64,000 nucleotides of DNA, taken from assembly GCF_964355755.1 (NCBI RefSeq), contig NC_092680.1, positions 10,354,001 to 10,418,000 on the forward strand, written 5' to 3'. A program made the position numbers and the translations under genes. This document shows, piece after piece, positions 12,001 to 22,015 of this stretch; the first letter of the stretch is position 1, and each line of letters starts with the position of its first letter. Origin of the DNA: Antedon mediterranea. Lineage: Eukaryota; Animalia; Echinodermata. The notes under the pieces were generated by a model, which had not been told where the DNA came from, did not search any database, and saw nothing but the letters and a program-made list of their open reading frames with translations.

Positions 12001-15000
12001 GTCATGGCAACAAAGACAACAAATTTAAAGTGTCTATTCATGGTAAAAATTTGAGAGAAATCCATTTTTTAACACCTGCCACCAAATCTTTGATGGCTTT
12101 TAAGATGTTTAATTTAACTCATAATATTCATGGTATTTAAAAATAATTAATATTTCATTGGTGGCACGCCATAAATTAATACGATCGACCTTCACCGCGA
12201 CGTACGTCACTACGTGTGTGGGTTCGCTGGGCTGTATAGCTTAGCTAGGCCTGGCCTAGGTGGCCTAGCTATTGCTGACCTAGCTAGGTTCATGCATGTG
12301 ATTGTTTCGTTTTTGCGAATGAAAAAAACATTGCAAAACACCAAGGTATCTTAGGTAATTAAAACCATTGATTAAAGTATGATTTTTCATAGTTTTATTA
12401 TTGTCGGCAATGTGGGTTTTGCGTGTGTCGACTAGGCTATTTGATACACCATATTAACATAACATAATAGTTATCCACTTTGAATTGACTAAAAATTGGA
12501 TTGAAAAAAAAATGTATTTACCTGAAAAAACTGTAAATTAAAGCAAAAAATGGTCAAATTGGCTGCCAGCCAATGGGTTTTTGGTTTAATTTAACCATTA
12601 TCTTCTCATTTTGTGAATGTGAGTGAAAACATAATTTTTTTTTTCTACGGACGTGATTAACTTTATTAAAACTACAAAATAACATATTCAAAGTCTGATT
12701 TAATCAATCTTCATTGTTCATGTTTTTGGGGGACAATACATCTTTAATTATGGAACTAGAAGTTATAGAAAAGAATCCATTCTCTGCTAAATGGGTTTAA
12801 ATAATTTGTTTATATATTTATTGACATGCTATATACTAACTATAATTTTAAGTAGAACACTTACACCAGATACAAATGTATGACAGGCTTCTGAGGGTGA
12901 AAGGTCAAGTGACATTACATCAGCATCATGACCATGGAAACTTTGCAACAGCTGACCACTTTCAACATCCCATAATGCACAGGTACTGTCGCCACTTCCT
13001 GTCAGAATCTAATAGAAAACAGTATTTAAAATGTAAACTATGAACCGTAAAAATTTTCCATGCTATTAATATCTTTCTACTAGATTTCTATATCATTTTC
13101 TCCAGGCATCATTCTTCTACATATATTCACAACTCATGTTTTGTAATTCACCTGAAGAGTGTGACTAGTGCTGGCCATACGAAACAAGCTTGTAGTGAAT
13201 AAATATGAAGTTTATCTTGTATCATTTTTTGTGCTCGATCCACGTGATCTGAATAATTTATATATTTTATATTCACAACTATTATACTATTTTATCTGTA
13301 TGTCTTAGGCTAGCTACTGCTATATTAGCTTAACAATAAGCATCTTAATTATATATCACAATATTATTGTCTTCTTTCGATTGACTTGTATTTTTTTGTT
13401 AAATAATTGAAACTGTAGCATGCAACTTGCCTGCTGGTCAGAATTGGTAAATGTACAGCATGACACATAGCTGGTGTGCATGGCAACTGCTCTCTTTTTG
13501 CTTGACAAATCTTCCTCTTGATTTAGCATGTATACACAGCATTTATTATCCAGTCCTCTGGGAAAAGGAAGTTCAATAAAAATTAATGAATATGCTGAAA
13601 TTCACAAATTTAGCGCCAATTGCAAAGTTTCTTGCCTTACCAGGATTAGCATATGGTCATTTGTAAAATTTGGAAAGAGGGGATGTTTAGCAGAAATGCA
13701 ATTAAAGGATATTATAGCTTTTTTAATCAGGTTTTTTATTTGTTGTTGTCTGATACTAACCCACAAGCAACCATTGTTCCTGAAGGTGCATATGAACATG
13801 CCATCACCCACGTTGTTGGCATTGTGATGCTGTGTTCCTATAAAACCAAATAAACACTTAATTACCTATCATTGCAACTTAGTATTAATAATTCAATCTA
13901 TCACAAGTATTTACTGCAGGTTTTTTAGCTTGGCCTAACTTACTCTATACAAATTAGCAAAAATAGCAGTCAGAACTATTTCTGTATTATTTTATACTTA
14001 AGTATGATCGTTTAAAAATGGAGAATAGGTACTGTACTAACAAAGCTCCTATCATCACTTCTCGGGCTTCATTTGCAAAGCAAAGAATACATAAGAAATC
14101 CCTCTCTGTTTTACCATCACCAAAATGTAAACATTTTTTAATTTTGTCACCCCTACATTTGCAGCACTACCAAAATACCACAACCAAAACCTCCTAGTCA
14201 TGTCCACCACCACCACTGTGTACCATGGTTTTAGGTGTCAATGATCACATCCATCAATCATAAGTCTACTGTATCTATCAAACACTGATGATTTTCATTG
14301 ATTAATTGTTTACCCGATTTGTAGTAAATGCATCCCATACAATAACTTTTCCATCTTGTGAGGAGCTGACCAAATGGCGTTTATCCCTGGCCCATTCCAT
14401 GCACAGTACCTTTCCCTGATGTCCCTTCAGAATTCGACGAGGCTTCATACTTAACTGAGGTAATGCTTCCAGCTTTTCAGCTACAACAGTTACTGTATAT
14501 TTTTTTTTCAAAAAAACAGAATTCATAAATATTAATATAGTTTTAGGCCTATACATTATGTAGCCTAGGCTAGTTTATAATGAATGTTTCCATGCAGCAT
14601 ACAGGCTAGAAAAGTTTTAAAAGCAGTTTATTTAGTACTCCTTAAATAGTAAAAATAAATACACAAAACAAATAATAAATAGGGTCTATGCTATAGACAG
14701 TTTGTGCTTTTAGTTTTGCCCAAACGATTCCCAACCTTTCATACCAACTCTTTTTCCTTCCTTGCCTGAGAGAGAGTTGCTGCCTAGGCTAGGGCTTGCT
14801 AGGGATGGGTTGTAGCCTAGCATTAGTAGGCCTCTATTCTAGCCTTCATGGAGAGTACTTTTATCGCCAACAACCTCCGAGCCTACTCTCTAGCTAGGTC
14901 TAGACCTGACTAGCTAGGCTAGACCGGTTATCAGGCCCAGATCGGGCCCAGAAAATGTGGTCCTGATAGTCTCATTCGCTGTGCCCGATCGTCTTAACGC

Positions 15001-17433
15001 AGGGCCCGATAGTCTTGTGTTCAATATGGTAAAATCGATTGCGTTTTATTTTGGTTCCAATAAAAATCAACATCTGCTATTCGGTATGGAGCGTCGCTGA
15101 TACGCTTTTGTGGTTGTACAGTAATTGGTTCTGGTCAATATTTGTTACGTATAAGGGATGAATGTTTATTTAGGCCTAATGTATATATAATTTTTTTCAA
15201 TTTATTTAACAGGTTGAAAATCATTGTACAAAAATGTTGTTTCTGAAAAAAAATCAGAAATTAATAATTAAAATAGTTTATAATTAGAGTTGATTAAGGA
15301 ATCTACCGTAGCATATTGACACTATGAATATAAGAATTCACGATTCACCCACAAAAGTGTACATGCAGAAATTAACCAGATGTTAATTACAAACCATTAT
15401 GTATAAAGACAGATTTTTTTATTTGCTTTTAATTTTACTGCAAATGCAATTATAATGAAAATATAAATTCAAACTGTTTCCACTTTTGGCAGGCAACTGT
15501 TACTGCTTTGATGTTTATTCTGTAACATGCTACCTTTTATTTTAAGGGGAATCCCCAGATTGTATCACGATAAAAAAAATCATGTGCTGAACAACAGGCG
15601 CACAGTACAGGAAGATTTACTGGTCTCATCTCCTACCACCACATAAAATTATCTGACCATTGACGTTCATTATATTAAAATGATTACATTTAAACAATGT
15701 TAACATTTAATTTAGTATAATTATAATTATGAACAATCATATTTTTAGAATAATGGTAATTTGGAAAACCACATCCTCTCCTCACCTATAATATTAAAAA
15801 GTAAATAAAATATATAATTAGCAAAATAAATACTCATCGTCTAAAATAATAATCTACAGTAGGCATACCTAATATAAAAACGATCACAAAATGTATAATA
15901 TTCACGAAAATGTATTTAGTGCGCCAAATACAAAGGTGTCTGATCATTTCGGCCGCCAGTTATTTCGGCCGCCGGTTATGGAACGCCCAAAATCATGAAA
16001 CGCCAAAAAAGACAAAATATGTATTGTTCATTTCGGCCGCCAGAATCGTCAATATTGTTAATAACGTATGGCACGCCTTAATTGTCAAAAAGGGTGTATA
16101 CATGTGCCTATAGACGTGTGTGTGTGTGTAAATCACACAGCCGATTTATGACTTATGGAGGGATGGGCGGCCGAAATGACTGGCGGCCGATATGCACTGC
16201 GACGTAATAAAACCCAATCGATTAAAAAAAACATGACAGATATGATAAAAAAAACGCCGTGGTTAGGATTCCGGCACCGGAACTCAACTGCCCACCGTTA
16301 GGGAATCCGACACGCTATTGCGCATGCCCATAGCTCTGGGAAGTGAATTATAGCTTGCACTTTATAGAGTGCCACACACACCACACCACCGAGAGTCGGA
16401 GTGTTATAGGGATTACTGTAGCCTAGATAGTCGTTGCGCGAGGGGAGAGAGCGATGGATGAAACTTTGCCTATGCCATACATGAATTAATAATTAAAATA
16501 CGACTACGCCACGCGTTAAAATAATTATAATGATATTAATAAGTATCAGTTTCTATCTAAGATTCGTAATGCTGTTTTTAGTGTTGCGACCCTGACTTCC
16601 CGAACAGTTTTTTCACATCCAACTTGTGATTGCATGTTGTTATCAGGGACAACTCCCTGTTGTTATGTACAGTATAATAATGCGTTGTGAAAAATCATAA
16701 AACTAGTCATGTAATTATTATAATTCATAATGATATGAAGTTTATATATGAATAAAGCAACCACTTTTTAATTACAAAATAAATAGGCCCACTGGTCACG
16801 TCTAACTGGTAGCCCTAGCCTAGATTAGTGGATCCCGTATTAGTAGGCATCTATAGGCTAGTTCGCCGTGTGGCGCAGCTATGAAATGATCCATCGCTGT
16901 TGATAAGTATAGAGTCGCCGATTACCTCGCTCTGGGCATGCGCAATAGCGTGTCGGATTCCCTAACGCTGGGCAGTTGAGTTCCGGTGCCGGAATCCTAA
17001 CCACGGCGTAAAAAAAATGCCTTAGGCTATAGGCCTAGGCCTAGCTAAAACTGACGCGCGCCATAAAAAATTCAAAAAGTTGGTTTAATTATTGCGACCA
17101 AAATAAAACGTGCCCGATCGTCTTGTTTGTTGGTCCCGATCGTTTGGTCCCGATCGTCTGTCCCGACCCGAGTCGCGCCCAGGCTAGCCTACCTAGCAAG
17201 CTAATAATAAAATAAAAATATAGGCCTAGCCTAGGCCTCCCTAGGCCTAGAGGCCTATGTGTACTTCTAGGCTAGGCTATGCCTAGTATTTACACAAATC
17301 ATTGCAAAAGATTACATATACATTCTATGTCATTTAATTTCTTTCGTTCTTCTTCTAATTTTGTTTTTAATGCCTCTGCTTCCCTTGCCAAAGAAGCCAA
17401 ACCTTCATCTCTTCCTCCTCCGTGAACAGCCAT
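5865..17433 (-). CDS. GNB5: Guanine nucleotide-binding protein subunit beta-5, complete 8-exon CDS (351 aa)
   Basis: Manual splicing of exons 17433-17322, 14492-14314, 13837-13761, 13557-13431, 13008-12865, 6878-6738, 6396-6300 and 6043-5865 gives a 1056-nt open frame: [37 protein letters not shown]...[11 protein letters not shown]. It has an N-terminal coiled coil plus WD40 repeats, with Gbeta5-type motifs ([40 protein letters not shown]). All intron phases are compatible. Confidence 0.96.
6300..6396 (-). CDS. GNB5: GNB5 coding exon 7
   Basis: Encodes [32 protein letters not shown]; AG/GTAAGT boundaries. Confidence 0.95.
6738..6878 (-). CDS. GNB5: GNB5 coding exon 6
   Basis: Encodes [47 protein letters not shown]; AG/GTAAGT boundaries. 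Confidence 0.95.
6921..7452 (+). mobile_element. (TA)n-flanked tRNA-containing repeat: full copy about 7082-7437 plus a truncated upstream copy about 6945-7073
   Basis: 6945-7073 duplicates 7309-7437. (TA)n runs lie at 6921, 7074 and 7437. A tRNA-like sequence is internal. Confidence 0.7.
7255..7326 (+). tRNA. tRNA-Asp-like sequence with ATC anticodon (probable pseudo-tRNA or SINE-related)
   Basis: Cloverleaf: acceptor GCCCCAG/TTGGGGC; A box TGGTCTAATGG; anticodon arm TCTGC-ATATCAA-GCAGG; T arm CCAAG-TTCGAGT-CTCGG with one mismatch; followed by TTTTT. Confidence 0.6.
8452..9172. mobile_element. MITE / non-autonomous DNA transposon in GNB5 intron 5
   Basis: TIRs GGG-CGCGTTTATACAACAC and GTGTTGTATAAACACGACCC, flanked by TA on both sides; no credible ORF. 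Confidence 0.75.
12865..13008 (-). CDS. GNB5: GNB5 coding exon 5
   Basis: Encodes [48 protein letters not shown]; AG/GTAAGT boundaries. Confidence 0.95.
13135..13267 (+). mobile_element. 133-bp Penelope-like pLTR / retrozyme-type insertion with 13-bp TSD
   Basis: Flanked by the direct repeat TATATTCACAACT (13122-13134 and 13268-13280); contains a hammerhead motif followed by AATAAA. Confidence 0.75.
13146..13200 (+). ncRNA. Minimal type I hammerhead ribozyme
   Basis: Stem I ATTCAC/GTGAAT; core CTGAAGA; stem II GTGTGACTAG/CTGGCCATAC; GAAA; palindromic helix III ACAAGCTTGT; cleavage triplet GTA at 13192-13194. Confidence 0.85.
13431..13557 (-). CDS. GNB5: GNB5 coding exon 4 (GC donor)
   Basis: Encodes [42 protein letters not shown]; donor is CAG|GCAAGT. 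Confidence 0.92.
13761..13837 (-). CDS. GNB5: GNB5 coding exon 3
   Basis: Encodes [26 protein letters not shown]; AG/GT boundaries. Confidence 0.95.
14314..14492 (-). CDS. GNB5: GNB5 coding exon 2
   Basis: Encodes [33 protein letters not shown]...DAFTTNR; AG/GT boundaries. Confidence 0.95.
14924..17180. mobile_element. Putative non-autonomous DNA transposon(s) in GNB5 intron 1 with subterminal CCCGAT(C/A)GTC arrays
   Basis: The same ~10-bp motif clusters at 14935-15015 and 17110-17170; internal CGGCCG(AAAT) clusters at 15945-16195; AGGCTAG on both flanks. No clear TIR. Confidence 0.45.
16255..17008. mobile_element. MULE-like MITE with ~80-bp near-perfect TIRs and 9-bp TSD
   Basis: CGCCGTGGTTAGGATTCCGGCACCGGAACTCAACTGCCCA... 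is inverted at 16929-17008. TAAAAAAAA lies on both flanks; a 9-bp TSD is typical of Mutator-like elements. Confidence 0.85.
17322..17433 (-). CDS. GNB5: GNB5 coding exon 1
   Basis: ATG at 17433; encodes [37 protein letters not shown]; phase-1 GT donor. Confidence 0.9.
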
Positions 17434-17871
17434 TTTTCTGATGTTTATTTATTTTTCAGCTATTATCAAAGATAGTAAGATGTTACACTTCCTATTCGTT
17501 CAATGCAAATAAAAGCGAGACAACATGGAGCTAAATTTAAAGGGCGCCTCGCACGTCGAGTAGGGATACGGAAAGTTATTGTATAGGAAATAGGCTATTA
17601 TAACAGTAGAATAATAATAATATGATTGTAAAATTAAGATTTAATACGAATTAACATATACAATGTAATGTTATCTTTATAGAAAGTGCAAATGAATCAT
17701 ATTTATATGCTTTGGAATACAAATTTGTGTTTCAATTACCTGGAATTGTTTAGGTACCTGGAATATCTACCCGTATTTTATTTCTTTTATTTTAATGTTT
17801 TTATTTGCAAATCAATTTTTAAATTATTTACATTTAATTGTTTATCATTGGACAGAGATAGAGAATGTAAT

Positions 17872-17903
17872 ACCTAGCTTTAGAAACACTTCTTCATCAG
17901 AGT
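17872..17903 (-). ncRNA. Degenerate minimal hammerhead-like motif (probably inactive Penelope pLTR relic)
   Basis: Minus strand reads ACT-CTGATGA-AGAAGTGTTTC-TAAA-GCTA-GGT. It fits the minimal PLE hammerhead layout except GAAA>TAAA. Confidence 0.35.
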
Positions 17904-18219
17904 GAGTAAATATATTACGAGCCCTAGTGGTAATAATAATAGGCCTAAAATGCATGCGCAGCCTATTATAAAAATCGATTACGTACTGGTTTATTTCTAA
18001 ATGGGTAATAAAATAGAATAGGTAGTATGGCATGTAATCAATCAATCAATCAATATTTATTGTAATCAATAATATTATACAAATAGTCGATCTGTATACA
18101 ATGAATATATCTATTAATTTTAATAATTTAATAATAACTAATTATTATATTATGCTTGTAACAGTCCGAACTTTCGTGCATTCACCGTAATTTTATATGC
18201 CATGATTATGTAATTGTGA

Positions 18220-18448
18220 TAATGCTAAAAATGGACAAAAACGGTTTCAAATGTGATTTTAAGCACTTTGATGTTTTTGTACCAAGTTTCATCGAAATGC
18301 ACAAAATGGTCTAAAACGTCTCCAAATACGATATTAAGCTATTTTGTGCACTTTGATGTTTTTGTCTGAAAAGTTTTATCGAAATGCTCAAAATGGTCTA
18401 AAACGTCTCCAAATGCGATATTAAGCTATTTTGTGCACTTTGATGTTT
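18220..18448 (+). repeat. Satellite DNA block 1 (87/78-bp monomers)
   Basis: About 3 monomers of TTTTATCGAAATGCTCAAAATGGTCTAAAACGTCTCCAAATGCGATTTGAAGCTATTTTGTACAATTTGATGTTTTTGTGTGAAAAG and variants. Confidence 0.95.
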
Positions 18449-20739
18449 TAGTAGGGCGGCCAATGTGAGCTTTTTCATCATGGGGGGCATTTTCTGTTAA
18501 TAGCAGGCAACCATGTGGAATATATCCCTTATAGGATGACAAAAAAGATAGGGGTGGATGCCGCTCTCAAATTTTAGGTCAAAGGTCATTTTCAAGGTTA
18601 TAAGGTCAAATATGGTAAAATAGAGGTTTAAGCTGTTTTCAACAACGTATAAGCTAATTAAAAGAAATGTAACCATTATTGGATCATTATTGACATATTG
18701 CTGTAGATGGTCACAAGTTCATAAATTTTTCAACTTACAAGTTTAAAGGTCATTTTCAAGGTCATAAGGTCAAATAGAGCACAGACCTGTTAATTATCGG
18801 TATTAATAATTGAAATAAACATAATTTTCATGATAGCCTGGGGCTGATGGATAGTGTGGTGTCAAAAAGACCAGAATTGTAATGGGAAGATTTTAAACTT
18901 TTTGAGTCACTCCTGGAAGGTGTTCAAGGGATGGAGAGGATGAGTCCTAGAGTATCAAAATAACCGAAACTGGAGGTCTACTGGAATGTCTTAAATTTCA
19001 TTTAAAAACGGTCACAAAGGGTTTGTGGGTTGGGAGTAATGGGCGACATAGCCCATGCCAATATTCAAAATTTTTCTGGGATGGAAGGAGGTAAACGCTC
19101 TGAGGTGGGTATTTCTTCCAGCACCGATATATAATGCCTACTGGCCATCTGGGTAATGGCAAACGATTGAATCACAACCACACATGCATGCTTTTGGTAA
19201 CAACTTCATCTGGCTCTTTAGTTTACATACACATGTAAAAAGTTCCAAACTGACAACTGGGTTAGGGACTTCCAAACAACCCGATTCATTTAGGCCACAT
19301 ACTGATCTCTGCCTGATAGTTGGCTCGTATGTTTAGGTTCTATGATGTTTGTATTCACCATAGGTGAGTTTTTTAAATTTGTGTTTCCCTAAGTGGAAAT
19401 ACAGTATTTAAATATTTATTAAGTAAATTGAAATACTTAATATTCAAGGGAAATTTATATCACTATAGTGTTAATGGTATATGGTCACTGAGTCTAGATG
19501 GAGGTAGCATTTCAAGACCCTCCAAAGAGTATTCTGTTATTATACAGTTATCTGTTCAAGAGTACCATATATTTGGCAATATTCAACTTTACTGTACACT
19601 GTACGTGCAAAGTCTTAGTCAATTCCATTTACAAGGAGTGGATGCGTTACAAATGATTTCCAGTATGACCTCTTCCCATAACCAGCAAATAATGACGTGC
19701 TGCAACCTGTAATGACATGGAAGCTGGTTAGATTATTCGTAATAGGTTTTCAACCATTTTATTGTTCACTATACCAGACATCGTCCATACTTTTGTACGG
19801 TTGCTATTGGAGTTACAAAGTACATATCATTATACATCAACTTCCATGTATAATTGCAAGCTCTTTGTTATTGACATAGAAGAATGTCTGAAAACGTTCT
19901 GATATTTGTTCAGATATTTGTGGCCCAAAACATATACGGAAGTACAGATTAGTACATTGGGACTATCCTTTCAATTGTGTCACTGCTTTTATCCACCCCT
20001 TTCCAATGTAATGATCAAGTACAACAAAATGACGAAATATCTAGGTAACTTGCATAAATACTTGCATAGTCACCAAAATGTTTTACTGCCATGTTTACTG
20101 AATCCTATAGTGCATGACCATCATGTTTTTAAGTTTTCTTCTGGAACTGTGGGTATTTCAACGCCATCCATCAAGATATGTGAAGTCATATTTGGTTAAA
20201 GATATTAAAATTAGGCTATGATCATACTCCAATGGGTGATCAGTAGATTTTCTGTCAGTTTTTTTGTTTTTATATACTTTATCGAAACAGTTGCCTTATA
20301 GAAATCCGCAAATGTTTAGAGCGATGCTTTCTCAGTGACTCATGGAGTTTTAAGTTCTACTGTTTTTTTCTTTCAATAAGTTGTTACTTTAAATATAAGA
20401 TCTTCCTTATCATCTGTTAGGTCGAAATAATATTGTGTATTATGTGTGATTCGTGATCAGTCCGACCATGTCATGCAGAACCTATCAATGAATTACAGCG
20501 TTTCTTGTCATACCAATGATTCTATTTTGAATCGATCAATCATCCACTCAGTGTTGAGAGTCATTGGTTCTGATTAGTTTAGATAGGTAAACTTGTTTAC
20601 CCTTTTAACCTCATTTCTACAACGAATCCAATCGGTTTTTAAATGTGTTGGTGGTTTCAGAAATGACAACTTCGGTTGGCTAACTATTCAAATATATAAT
20701 TACTCATTATGAAAAAGTGGATCTCCTATCAGTCCTTTG

Positions 20740-21045
20740 TGAAATTTAGGTTTAAAAAGTCTAAGCTGATGTCCTCGTGTATTTCTGCTTAGATTGCATC
20801 CAATTTGAAGGAAGTCTTCCTTGGCTACACCCTTAAAACCTTTTGAAAATGTTCAATCAAGTCACCACGAATTCGTCTGTCATACAGGGCTGTTAGGCCA
20901 AGAAACTTTAAACGATCTTCATATGAATAAGAATGGATAGCTGGAATTTGATTTGTCGCGTGACGTTGTCCTCTTTCAAGTGCGTTTAAGTCTTTTTGGA
21001 GAAAGGGATTCCATACCTGGACACAGTATGTAACGTAATGTTTGT
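20740..21045 (-). mobile_element. CR1-type LINE 3' fragment nested in the Academ element
   Basis: YCVQVWNPFLQKDLNALERGQRHAT...YEDRLKFLGLTALYDRRIRGDLIE followed by NTRGHQLRL, the typical C-terminus of CR1-group ORF2. Confidence 0.8.
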
Positions 21046-21383
21046 AAATAACGTTAAAACCGTCTTTATCCATGTGTATAAAGAACCTCTTAATTACTTA
21101 AGGAGTTTTATATCTGTAAACACCGCCAGCCAAGATAGCATGCGAAGGTCTGAAGAAGGAGAACCCATTTACCACTCCTTCCAACCTTGATAAAGTCCAA
21201 TAGTTAGGGTTTTTGAAAACAAAGACTCGATACCCAGGTTTCTCTTTCGAGATTTCTTGAAACAACAAACTTAAAAAAAACTTGTATCATTGAAAGAATG
21301 AAAAAATGTTTAAATAATTACATTATAGGGGGTAAAACAAAAACATCTCAACAATAGGTCATATAGGGGTCTCTGTTTTCGAA

Positions 21384-21495
21384 ATTTTTTCTAAAAACAA
21401 ATTTCTAAATATTATTACATTATTATAGGTAATATTAATAATTTTTCTAAAAACAAATTTCTAAATATTACATTATTATAGGTAATATTAATAAT
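21384..21495 (+). repeat. ~57-bp tandem duplication
   Basis: TTTTTCTAAAAACAAATTTCTAAATATTA...TAGGTAATATTAATA occurs twice. Confidence 0.8.
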
Positions 21496-22015
21496 ATTAT
21501 AGTAAAAGACCAATCTTTTGGCACATATGGCGTTTCATTTTTTCCGACAAAAATCAAAACGATGACTGGTGGAAAACATAAAAACGAAAAATTTACAACA
21601 GACTGGGAAAAGCCTATTAAAAAACTGTGTGTACTTTACAGAAATATATGAAAACAACATTTTGAGAAAATTACACTTTTATATTTAATTTCCTATGTTT
21701 TTATGTGTAAAATAAAATGTTTATCTCATAATTATTACTTTAATATGAAGCATCAGTTGATCTTCAAATATACTTTTTTGGATAGATCTGATGATGTAGA
21801 TGATTTTCAGTGAATAAAAAAAAATCCTATATTTTGACCTTGTTTGACCTCTTGACCACATAAACGGACCTTAAACCCCAAAACTGAAGATGGCATCCAC
21901 CCCTATCGTTTTTGTCACCCCACAAAGGATACATTCAACATGGTTGCCTGCTATTAACAAAAAATGCCCCCCAAACTTTTTATAGAGGACTTTTGTGTAT
22001 TTGGCCTCTCTACTA

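Larger units (their letters stand above)
18449..22015 (-). mobile_element. Decayed Academ DNA transposon (XPG-like nuclease remnant) inserted in the satellite
   Basis: TAGTAG...CTACTA termini, ~150-bp imperfect TIRs, 3-bp TTT TSD whose removal restores the satellite GATGTTTTCTGTG. Minus-strand remnants include FHVITGCSTSLFAGYGKRSYWK, DGHAL...FGDYA and a Cys-rich tail (ELFTCVCK...CMCGC). Confidence 0.8.

Noticed and set aside
674-13853. Short ORF-track ORFs in the flank and introns (e.g. 674-1006, 8235-9271, 11270-12140, 13528-13853)
   Set aside because: They have no recognisable domains and lie in duplicated or MITE sequence, or antisense to GNB5 exons.
14560-17290. Clusters of TAGGCCTA/GCTAGC palindromes
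   Set aside because: Low-complexity motifs scattered through introns, with no defined unit or boundary; no function can be supported.
21148-21200. CTGAAGA-AGGAG...CTCCTT hairpin resembling a hammerhead
   Set aside because: There is no GAAA core, and the opposite strand reads as an Academ coding remnant.
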